Of a DNA stretch of 64,000 nucleotides, positions 20,056 to 27,669 are shown one piece after another. The stretch is taken from assembly GCA_050302075.1 (NCBI GenBank), contig JBNLAH010000001.1, positions 228,157-292,156 on the forward strand, written 5' to 3'. The notes under the pieces are model-generated. The model was not told the DNA's origin. It made no database searches and worked only from the letters and a program-made list of their open reading frames with translations. Each line of letters starts with the position of its first letter. The first letter of the stretch is position 1. The position numbers and the translations under genes were made by a program. The DNA is from Parachlamydiales bacterium. Its GTDB lineage: Bacteria; Chlamydiota; Chlamydiia; Chlamydiales; SM23-39.

Positions 20056-21693
20056 ATGAAGTGTTATATAAAAAGTTTTTGTAAATTGTTTAGTGTTTTT
20101 CTAGCTGTAATCGGGTGTTTGTCTTCCCAACCATTATTCTCTGAAGCTTTAAAAACTGAAATGTTTTCTGTCGAAAAACCAGTTTTGCCAAAAATTTCCA
20201 ATCTTCAACTCCCAACACTAAACTCTGAAGTCTGTTCAAATCAAGACGGAAAAATACTACAGAGTTATAAAAAGAAGTTTGAAAAAAAATATGGCCGTAA
20301 TTTTTTAAAAAAACAGTGCAATTACAATTTTCTTTCTCTGGTTTGTAAAAAAGATTTGCAATGTGCTACTAGCATGCAAAAAAAAGCAGTTCAATTCCTA
20401 AAAATGATCTTTGAAGAACTCTCTAAAGCCAATTATAGCAAAGAAGACTTTCGTCATTATATGAACTGGTCTTTGAATATTTCTAGTTCATTATTTTTTG
20501 AAAAATATCTTTTTGCAGAGGAAGAGTTAAATGATTTATTTTACAAGCTCAATGATATTTCTGTCAGATCTCTCACTCCTAGATCAGCAGAAGAAAAAGG
20601 AAGGCATGAGGCATTTGCCTTAAAAAGCAAAAATGGGAAAGTTGCAGCTTTGATAAAAGTTGTAAAAGGTCCTAGGAATGCTTGGGCTAAAGTAGCACCT
20701 ATCATGGAGCAAAACGGTTCTGCAGGTCTTTATGAAAAGGTGGGTTATGATATTGATGTAATCTTAGGTTTGAAAATGACCCCGGCCACGTTGCTTGGGA
20801 AAATGCAATTAGAAAATGGTGAGACTGAAGATGTGGTCATCCAAAACTTTATTTCTAACTCCATTGATTTAGGTAATCTTTTGTATCGAGAAGATGGTGC
20901 TGAACTTATTATGAGCATTCCTACAGCTCCAGCTCAGATGATGGCCTTAAGTGGTATGATTAAAGGTCGTTTAGGTGGACACTTGGGTAATTATCTGTTT
21001 CATTTAAAAGATGGAGTAATAGATACAGTTTATGATATTGATTTAGAAGAACTTTTACCTCCTTGCAATCGACTTGAAAAAGGAATGACTCTATACCCTT
21101 TAAAAGAAGATAGAAATCAAGCCGATCGAATCAATGTATCTGATCTTAGCTCAGATTTACAGGAAATGGCTTATAAATCTGCTCCCTTATGTAGAATGTG
21201 TATTTTAGGATTACCACAGAATGGAAAGCCTTTTGAAAGGGCATGTTTGAAAATTATTGTGCATGATTTGCTTCCCTGTTTGCTAGATGAGTATCATGAA
21301 TATTTAAATGATGAAAAAGAAATTAGAAGAGAGTGCTTGCAAGCTCAAAAGGAACGTCTTTTAAAAATTCAGGAAATTTGCAAACAGCAATTAGAACTTC
21401 CTGAAATTTCGCTAACTCCAAGAGACCTTTATTTTTATCTTTTTGGAGGAAAACATCTTTATAAATTAGCCCGTGAAAGAGGATATCCTCCAATTATTAT
21501 TTTCAATCAAGTCATTGGAGATCCTCTTCAACATAGTATGATTGATTTTTCACGTCCTGAAAAAATGCCTTTTTGTAAATTTTTGAATGAGAGAGATACT
21601 TCAGAGCAGAAAAAAGCTCATAGTGATTTTATATTTGATAATCTGCTTATCTTAGAAAATCAAGAATCTCTAGCAGGTCAAGGCAATCAATAA
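20056..21693 (+). CDS. exported protein with PI3/PI4-kinase/HipA-like fold (possibly catalytically atypical)
   Basis: signal peptide; VAALIK, EKVGYDID..LGL..TP.T, IQNFI, GHLGNYL and IDLE resemble PI4K-type motifs. Confidence 0.5.
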   Translation: MKCYIKSFCKLFSVFLAVIGCLSSQPLFSEALKTEMFSVEKPVLPKISNLQLPTLNSEVCSNQDGKILQSYKKKFEKKYGRNFLKKQCNYNFLSLVCKKDLQCATSMQKKAVQFLKMIFEELSKANYSKEDFRHYMNWSLNISSSLFFEKYLFAEEELNDLFYKLNDISVRSLTPRSAEEKGRHEAFALKSKNGKVAALIKVVKGPRNAWAKVAPIMEQNGSAGLYEKVGYDIDVILGLKMTPATLLGKMQLENGETEDVVIQNFISNSIDLGNLLYREDGAELIMSIPTAPAQMMALSGMIKGRLGGHLGNYLFHLKDGVIDTVYDIDLEELLPPCNRLEKGMTLYPLKEDRNQADRINVSDLSSDLQEMAYKSAPLCRMCILGLPQNGKPFERACLKIIVHDLLPCLLDEYHEYLNDEKEIRRECLQAQKERLLKIQEICKQQLELPEISLTPRDLYFYLFGGKHLYKLARERGYPPIIIFNQVIGDPLQHSMIDFSRPEKMPFCKFLNERDTSEQKKAHSDFIFDNLLILENQESLAGQGNQ

Positions 21694-21711
21694 AAAGTCG
21701 AAATTTAGAAA

Positions 21712-21742
21712 AAAATGAGGCAACAAACTGTTGCCTCATTTT
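21712..21742. terminator. bidirectional intrinsic terminator-like hairpin
   Basis: AAAATGAGGCAACA / TGTTGCCTCATTTT perfect 14-bp inverted repeat just after the stop at 21693. Confidence 0.8.
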
Positions 21743-21795
21743 CAACAGCTTACTGGCAAATATTAATAATAGTGATCTGAGTTCATAGGATTTAA

Positions 21796-21831
21796 GGGGA
21801 GTGTAGGGATAAATTCAGAACTTTTGATTGG
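21796..21831 (+). repeat. junction element J5 (left half degenerate)
   Basis: GGGGAGTGTAGGGATAAATTCAGAACTTTTGATTGG; 28/36 identical to J7, last 18 bp identical. Confidence 0.8.
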
Positions 21832-21908
21832 CATGGGGTTATAGTAATGTCTTCTCATCCCCCCTATAACATGCTTATAATAACACTTAAGCTATTCTTT
21901 TAATATAT

Positions 21909-22409
21909 TTAAGGATTAACGAGGTCTTTAGAAGGTTGAAAATAGTGCATAAGTTGCTTTGTATATAAAACAGCATTTAATGCAAAAAGACTTAAGAAAA
22001 GAAGGATTAGTGGACTTGATAAAGATATTGAGAGCTTATATCCAAAAATCATTGCACCACAGCTCATAACTTTTGCAGCTATCGACAAAACTTTATCTAA
22101 AGTACTAAAAAATTTCTCAAGCGTTGGAAGATTTGCAATATTTGCAATTTTTTGCATTCCAAGCGTTAGAAGAGGCATTGCAAGTCCAACACTACCTAAT
22201 AAAATATAGCTCCTGAGTCCAAGATCTAGATCTAGATCTGATACTTCATTCATTAGAAGGATTGAGACAGCAGGTTGCTGTAAGATTTTTCCAACTACCT
22301 TACCGATAGAAGATTCTGAGTCTGTTTCAATGAAGTTTCCAACTGTTGAAGACAATCCTGCTGTAGCCATCAAGTACATAATTGGCTTATCTAGATATAT
22401 TGGTCCCAT
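21909..22409 (-). CDS. hydrophobic membrane protein, paralog copy 3 of 3
   Basis: homologous to 13339-13821 and 18838-19332. Confidence 0.8.
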   Translation of the reverse strand: MGPIYLDKPIMYLMATAGLSSTVGNFIETDSESSIGKVVGKILQQPAVSILLMNEVSDLDLDLGLRSYILLGSVGLAMPLLTLGMQKIANIANLPTLEKFFSTLDKVLSIAAKVMSCGAMIFGYKLSISLSSPLILLFLSLFALNAVLYTKQLMHYFQPSKDLVNP

Positions 22410-22623
22410 AATTTTACCATTAGTTAATTAACTATGTGTTAATTATATATTAATTAAAATAAATAGACAAGAATCTGATTTTTTAATAATAATTACTTGA
22501 TATTTATATAATAATATAGTTGCGTTTTTAATTTAAAATGATGTTTTTTATAAAATAAATTACGGCAAGTAGCTATAAGTTTAAATAACTTGAATCAGTT
22601 CTTTATAGCCCTTTGCTACAAAT

Positions 22624-22659
22624 TAACAGTGGAGAGACGCTTTCAGAACTTTTGATTGG
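22624..22659 (+). repeat. junction element J6
   Basis: TAACAGTGGAGAGACGCTTTCAGAACTTTTGATTGG; 31/36 identical to J7. Confidence 0.9.
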
Positions 22660-22717
22660 GATAATTTCGCTAAAAAGGCTATAACTTTTTCTAAAATTTA
22701 TATCAGTAGAAGAGCCT

Positions 22718-22774
22718 ATGGATAGAGGAGAAGTAATACTTTACACAACAGCAGATGGTCAGACCTCCATCTAA
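22718..22774 (+). pseudogene. N-terminal remnant of a RhuM/Fic-associated family gene
   Basis: ATG...TAA reads MDRGEVILYTTADGQTSI*, resembling the GE(I/V)ILYxTxDG start of RhuM-family proteins. Confidence 0.55.
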
Positions 22775-22786
22775 TATATTTCTGAG

Positions 22787-23029
22787 ATGCCATTCATTAT
22801 TTTAAGAGCAAAAAACTCAAATAAGATAGGTATGTTGCGGACATCTGCTATAGAGCTCGGAATCAAGTTTGTGGATTTTACTGATACAATTACAATTGGT
22901 ACTTATCAAGAGCAGCTAGAGCGAACAAAAGTCACTCAGAAAGCTGATCTAATTTACTATGGAATCGTATTATTTGGTGATTGGGAAAAAGTACCAGAAT
23001 TGACTAAAAAGTTTTCTCTCTGGAAGTAA
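22787..23029 (+). pseudogene. DUF2000-like protein, N-terminally truncated
   Basis: PFIILRA.NS..I, DFT.T, YYGI.LFG and LTKKFSLWK C-terminal pattern; only 80 aa. Confidence 0.55.
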
Positions 23030-23041
23030 GGCCTGAATATC

Positions 23042-23929
23042 ATGAATATTTCAATAGATGCTTCTCTAGTCAGTCGTTTGATTGCCTCTCAATTTCCTAA
23101 CTGGAAACATCTTCCTATTGAACCTGTAGCGATGAGTGGGTGGGATAATCGAACCTTCCATTTAGGTAAAAAAATGTTGGTTCGCCTTCCAAGCAAAGCA
23201 GATTATGAACTGCAAGTGGAAAAGGAGCATGAGTGGTTACCAAAACTCGCTCTAGCGCTTCCAGTTTCAATTCCTATTCCTTTGGCAATGGGCAGGCCAG
23301 AGTATGGGTATCCTTGGAAATGGTCGATTTATCAATGGCTTGAAGGTGAGACTGTAGCTACTGATTTGCCGAGTGATTTAGTTGCATTTGCCCTTGATCT
23401 TGCCAGTTTTCTGAAAGCTTTACATAAAATCGATACTGAGGGAGGGCCCTCGCCAGGATTACACAGTTTTTATCGAGGTGGACCGTTATCAATTTACGAT
23501 TCGGATACACGTAAAGCAATTCTTTCCTTAAAAAGGAAAATTGATGCAAAGACAGCAACGGATATTTGGGAAAAAGCTTTATCAACTTCTTGGAAGGATC
23601 ATCCTGTGTGGGTTCACGGAGACATCAGCGCCGGCAACCTTTTAGTTAAAGCTAATAAACTTTGTGCTGTGATTGATTTTGGGCAACTAGCAGTAGGTGA
23701 TCCAGCATGTGATCTTGCTATCAACTGGACGTTATTTTATGGGAAAAGTAGGAATGCCTTTCAAAAGGCATTTTCTTTTGATGAAGATACTTGGGTACGG
23801 GCTCAGGGGTGGGTTTTATGGAAAGCGTTAATTGTAGCAGTTGGTGGTACCAATCCAAGTAATTTCGAGTCGAAGCAGTGTTGGCGTATTCTTGAAGAAG
23901 TAATAGAAGATCACCGTAAGTCTAATTGA
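23042..23929 (+). CDS. aminoglycoside phosphotransferase (APH/choline kinase) family protein
   Basis: GWDNRTF, VRLP, HGDISAGNLL, VIDFG and GDPACDLA motifs. Confidence 0.9.
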   Translation: MNISIDASLVSRLIASQFPNWKHLPIEPVAMSGWDNRTFHLGKKMLVRLPSKADYELQVEKEHEWLPKLALALPVSIPIPLAMGRPEYGYPWKWSIYQWLEGETVATDLPSDLVAFALDLASFLKALHKIDTEGGPSPGLHSFYRGGPLSIYDSDTRKAILSLKRKIDAKTATDIWEKALSTSWKDHPVWVHGDISAGNLLVKANKLCAVIDFGQLAVGDPACDLAINWTLFYGKSRNAFQKAFSFDEDTWVRAQGWVLWKALIVAVGGTNPSNFESKQCWRILEEVIEDHRKSN

Positions 23930-24094
23930 TACTCTCTCAATTTAATTTAATAATCCTGACTTGATCCATTTTTTCAGATTGATACTTGATTTTGCAAAAG
24001 CATCTGCAGGACTTTTATTAAAGGGGGCAGGCCAAGGACGAAGGTTAGGGTAGCGTTACAGCTGGGATTTTTAGTTACATGTCACTAAAAACAA

Positions 24095-24122
24095 AAGGCT
24101 TTAGCCGTAAAACTAAAGCCTT
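24095..24122 (-). terminator. terminator-like hairpin immediately left of J7
   Basis: AAGGCTTTAG / CTAAAGCCTT 10-bp inverted repeat with an A-run on its left (U-tract on the minus strand). Confidence 0.7.
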
Positions 24123-24131
24123 AAAATTAGT

Positions 24132-24167
24132 TGGAGGTGGAGAGACGCATTCAGAACTTTTGATTGG
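24132..24167 (+). repeat. junction element J7 (reference copy)
   Basis: TGGAGGTGGAGAGACGCATTCAGAACTTTTGATTGG; first 14 bp identical to 27670-27683. Confidence 0.93.
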
Positions 24168-24293
24168 TCTAAAATGGATCAAAATTTTAATGTAATTAAC
24201 TGTTATTTAGTCAGTTAAGCTTTTGTTGTTGACGTTGAGAATTGGATAGAATATACTGCAGTTGTTGATTAATTGATGTAAATACTATCCAAT

Positions 24294-24920
24294 ATGAAAA
24301 GAAAATCAAAAGCTATTCGAGATAAAGCTATTGAAATATTTAAGCTTCATGGAGGTATTCTCAGATCTTCAAAGGCTATTAAGGAAGGAATACATCCTCG
24401 TATTCTTTATGAATTACGTAATCAGGGTATTATTGAAGAGCTTCAAAGGGGATTATATGCTTTAACCGATTTACCTGACATTGAAGATCCTGATTTAGTT
24501 GCAATTTCAAAAATGATACCTGATGGAGTTATTTGTTTAATATCGGCTCTTTATTTTCATCGTTTGACAGTACAAATTCCAAGATGGATAGATATTGCAG
24601 TTAAGAGAAAATATGTTCCTCCTAAAGTCAAACATCCTCCAATCCAAATTCATTGGTTTTCAGATAAATTTTATAAATCAGGCATAGAAAAATATAATTT
24701 TGGGGGAGCTGAAATAAAAATATATTCTCGAGAAAAATCGATTATTGATTGCTTCAGATTGAGAAAAAAAATAGGGATTGATGTTGCTGTAGAAGCTTTG
24801 AAGAATTATTTAAAACAGGATAATCTTAATATTCATCTTTTGTTGGATTTTGCAAAGGAATCGAGAGTAATTAAATTATTAGAACCATATCTACAGGCTT
24901 TAATTTATGATCAATCATAA
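24294..24920 (+). CDS. abiEi: type IV toxin-antitoxin AbiEi-family antitoxin
   Basis: N-terminal wHTH-like segment ending RGLY; ICLISAL.FH.LT and YS.EK.I.D.FR motifs; overlaps the toxin gene. Confidence 0.85.
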   Translation: MKRKSKAIRDKAIEIFKLHGGILRSSKAIKEGIHPRILYELRNQGIIEELQRGLYALTDLPDIEDPDLVAISKMIPDGVICLISALYFHRLTVQIPRWIDIAVKRKYVPPKVKHPPIQIHWFSDKFYKSGIEKYNFGGAEIKIYSREKSIIDCFRLRKKIGIDVAVEALKNYLKQDNLNIHLLLDFAKESRVIKLLEPYLQALIYDQS

Positions 24921-25791
24921 CATAAAAAACATTTCAGTTTCAGTAAAAGCCCGTCTATTAAACCTTGCTCGCAATTCAAAAAGACCTTTTCAGGAATTAT
25001 TGCAATATTATGGAATGGAGCGTTTTCTTTTTAGACTATCAGAATCTAATCATAGAGATGTATTTATTTTAAAAGGAGCTCTTCTTTTAAAAGTTTGGAG
25101 AATTTCTGATTCTCGAGCAACGATGGATATTGATACTTTAGCAAGAACATCAAATTCTTTGGAAAATCTTAATAAAATAACAAAAGAGATATGCGAGCAT
25201 GTTCCATCTATTGATGATGGTGTTGAATTTCTTTCGTCTTCCGTTAGAGTAGAAAAAATGCAATTGCAGAAAGAGTATGAAGGTATTCGAATTCGTTTTG
25301 AAGGCTGTCTTGGTTCTGCAAAAATTCCAATGCAAATTGATGTTGGGTTTGGGGATGTTATTACTCCTGCGGTTGAAGAATACCAATATCCAAATCTTCT
25401 AGATTTTCCAGGACCAAAACTTAAAATGTATCCTCAAGAAACACTTATTGCAGAGAAAATTTTAACAATGGTTGAAAAAGGAGAAACAAATAGTAGAATA
25501 AAGGATTTTTATGACGTTTGGCTTCTAATTCGACACAATACATTTTCTCATGAGATATTGAAATTAGCTTTGGATAGAACTTTTAAATCTCGTAATATGC
25601 AATATAATTTCAAAACAGTTCGATCTTCGATTGAAATATATTTAAAAAGCGTTCAGGCAAATTTATTATGGGAAAGATTTAAACTAAAGAAAATACCTCA
25701 GATATATCAGCATATTTCATTTGAAATTTTAACAAATGAAATAATCAATCTTTTAGAGAAGATAGAAGAAAATATTTTACTCAAATTATAA
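24907..25791 (+). CDS. abiEii: AbiEii/AbiGii nucleotidyltransferase toxin
   Basis: ERFL.RL, FILKGA, RATMDID, IAEK and SRIKDFYD motifs. Confidence 0.88.
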   Translation: MINHNIKNISVSVKARLLNLARNSKRPFQELLQYYGMERFLFRLSESNHRDVFILKGALLLKVWRISDSRATMDIDTLARTSNSLENLNKITKEICEHVPSIDDGVEFLSSSVRVEKMQLQKEYEGIRIRFEGCLGSAKIPMQIDVGFGDVITPAVEEYQYPNLLDFPGPKLKMYPQETLIAEKILTMVEKGETNSRIKDFYDVWLLIRHNTFSHEILKLALDRTFKSRNMQYNFKTVRSSIEIYLKSVQANLLWERFKLKKIPQIYQHISFEILTNEIINLLEKIEENILLKL

Positions 25792-25815
25792 TATTGAGAA
25801 TTAAAATAATAAGCC

Positions 25816-26463
25816 TTAAATAATCTGAAGTCTTAAATTAAAATCAGAAAGATCATAAAAAAATGAATTTTTATGAATATAGGGGTTCATTCTTTGCCTT
25901 TCATTTAGCTCTTTTTCCCAATTTTCCTTATTGTTTAAGGCGTCAGAAGCGGCATCAACAACTATTGCAGATCCAGATAAAATAAGTGCAGTGCTGGTTC
26001 CAGCGCTAAATGGAGCGGCCAAGACACCTACAAGAATTTGACCTATACCAAACCAATATTTCAATTTAACTCCACTAGGCTGTTCTAGTTTGCATAAGTG
26101 AGCCATATTCTTTAAGCTAATCGGTTTTACGGATACAGATCGAGTTTTATAATATATTTGTAAAGCAAAATTCATCATAGGATCTAAAAGCTCCTCATTT
26201 GATAGGCTATGAATAAACTTATCAATGAGCAAAGATCCTTTTTCAAGATCTCCCTTAGAAAGATAAACCGCAGCTCTCATGCCTGTTATTTTGCTTTTCT
26301 GTTCAGGTTCGAAAGTTTCCCATTCGTCCAATGTTTGCAAACTTTCTAAAAACCTCTCTTCTTGAAAGTAATGAATAAAAGACTCTGCATATCGACTACT
26401 TAAAGGAGATGCAAAAATAAATAAGGGAAACGGTAAAAATATAAACAATCTCAGAAAATGCAT
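25816..26463 (-). CDS. hypothetical exported protein with C-terminal hydrophobic hairpin
   Basis: signal-like MHFLRLFIFLPFP start at 26463; Gly/Ala-rich hydrophobic segment GIGQILVGVLAAPFSAG. Confidence 0.6.
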   Translation of the reverse strand: MHFLRLFIFLPFPLFIFASPLSSRYAESFIHYFQEERFLESLQTLDEWETFEPEQKSKITGMRAAVYLSKGDLEKGSLLIDKFIHSLSNEELLDPMMNFALQIYYKTRSVSVKPISLKNMAHLCKLEQPSGVKLKYWFGIGQILVGVLAAPFSAGTSTALILSGSAIVVDAASDALNNKENWEKELNERQRMNPYIHKNSFFYDLSDFNLRLQII

Positions 26464-26663
26464 GAAGTTCCTCCAAACATTTTTATAAAAAGACATCCTG
26501 CAAGTATTGATCCCCAAAGGAGCACTATTCCTTTACGCATTTTTTTTTTGTCATTCATTTGCCAAGCTGTTTTTAGCATTAATATGCTGGGAGGTAATGC
26601 AAAAAAAGAAAATAGTAAAAGTCCTAAACGGACTATAGAAAAAACAATGTATCCTAGTTCCAT
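26451..26663 (-). CDS. small two-TM hypothetical protein
   Basis: 70 aa with two hydrophobic segments; overlaps the start of the downstream gene. Confidence 0.5.
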   Translation of the reverse strand: MELGYIVFSIVRLGLLLFSFFALPPSILMLKTAWQMNDKKKMRKGIVLLWGSILAGCLFIKMFGGTSCIF

Positions 26664-26741
26664 AAAACCCCCATTTTGAGGAAGAAAAATATATATAAAT
26701 AAAAATTATATTGTCAAGTAGCTACGAATGACTTTTGGAAG

Positions 26742-27371
26742 TTAATATTTACTTTTTATGGAATGACTAAGATTCCCTATAAAATAGCATCTAGGACTAG
26801 AAATCAAATGTACACTTTTGGGATCTAATTTTGAGCCAACCGATATTTCTAATTTTACAGTATCAAGTAAATCACATTCTATCTCTATTTCATCATTCAA
26901 TTGCACCTGAGTCAATGAATCTTTTAATATAAGAAGATCGTAATCAAAAGAAACTGTTTTATTTGTTGTTATTAGTTTTACAATAGCAATTTTCTGGCTA
27001 GTAATGTTTTTTAATAGTATTTTCCATTTTATTTCGAATGTTCCTTCCAATTTAAGAGTTATGTAGGGATCTCTTAAAAACGGTACTGAAAAAAAAGTTC
27101 CATCTCCTGTTATATTTTTTGGGGATTCGAATTCAGTATAATTCCATTCCCTGGTCGAATGAAAATAATTTGATGTATTTGAATAGTGGTTATTGATTGT
27201 ATCAGCTTGCTGAATAGAGTTATTGTTGCTGTTATTCATAGAAATAGGATTACCATGTTTAGTCTTAGACTGCACTTTCTGAACAGGAGAATTCTCTTTT
27301 TTTGAGGAAAACGTGAATTTAAACTTATCAAAGATTTTAGGTGACATTTTTTCTATTGGATAATTTAACAA
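26742..27371 (-). CDS. hypothetical protein
   Basis: 209-aa ORF with Asn/Ser-rich N-terminal linker. Confidence 0.55.
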   Translation of the reverse strand: MLNYPIEKMSPKIFDKFKFTFSSKKENSPVQKVQSKTKHGNPISMNNSNNNSIQQADTINNHYSNTSNYFHSTREWNYTEFESPKNITGDGTFFSVPFLRDPYITLKLEGTFEIKWKILLKNITSQKIAIVKLITTNKTVSFDYDLLILKDSLTQVQLNDEIEIECDLLDTVKLEISVGSKLDPKSVHLISSPRCYFIGNLSHSIKSKY

Positions 27372-27375
27372 AAAA

Positions 27376-27395
27376 GCCTATCAGATTTGATAGGC
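27376..27395 (-). terminator. terminator-like hairpin left of J8
   Basis: GCCTATCA / TGATAGGC flanked by an A-run and a T-run. Confidence 0.7.
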
Positions 27396-27415
27396 CTTTT
27401 GACTATATTTGTCAA

Positions 27416-27439
27416 TGAAGGTGGAGAGAATCGAACTCT
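27416..27439 (+). repeat. junction J8: duplicate of the tmRNA 3' end (att-like)
   Basis: TGAAGGTGGAGAGAATCGAACTCT is 23/24 identical to 27670-27693. Confidence 0.9.
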
Positions 27440-27486
27440 ATGATTTTTTCTAAACTGGATCAAACTTCGATAAATAACATTAATAA

Positions 27487-27499
27487 TATCAATAAGTTA
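27487..27499 (+). promoter_or_regulatory. IHF-consensus-like site
   Basis: TATCAATAAGTTA fits WATCAANNNNTTR. Confidence 0.4.
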
Positions 27500-27552
27500 A
27501 GTGATGTTCAAATGTTCTATCTTATTTTGGTTTTAGCCGCTTTTTTGCAGTC

Positions 27553-27573
27553 TAGTGCGTAAGTAGTGCGTAA
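27553..27573 (+). repeat. 10-bp direct repeat, possible integrase arm-type sites
   Basis: TAGTGCGTAA at 27553-27562 and 27564-27573. Confidence 0.55.
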
Positions 27574-27634
27574 ATGAATTTAACAAAGCAGATTTTGAAA
27601 TTGTAAATTTAAGATATTTCTCTTTAAAAATAAA

Positions 27635-27661
27635 AGACTTCGCTTGGATTTTGCGAAGTCT
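27635..27661 (-). terminator. tmRNA terminator
   Basis: AGACTTCGC / GCGAAGTCT 9-bp inverted repeat 8 bp downstream of the tmRNA end, followed on the minus strand by a T-rich tract. Confidence 0.8.
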
Positions 27662-27669
27662 AGAATGAA

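Noticed and set aside
23943..24066. Relatively GC-rich patch; minus frame reads RYPNLRPWPAPFNKSPADAFAKSSINLKKWIKSGLLN*
   Set aside because: May be a gene remnant, but it is too short to assign and shows no recombinase motif.
14136..24167. CRISPR array interpretation of the 36-bp repeats
   Set aside because: Spacing is 0.8-2 kb with whole genes in between, no cas genes are present, and the repeat is partly tmRNA-derived.
14136..24167. Classical integron attC sites
   Set aside because: No RYYYAAC...GTTRRRY ends or long imperfect palindrome, no intI, and cargo genes lie on both strands.
27416..27439. Separate tRNA gene
   Set aside because: Only the T-loop and acceptor 3' strand are present; it is a duplicate of the tmRNA end.
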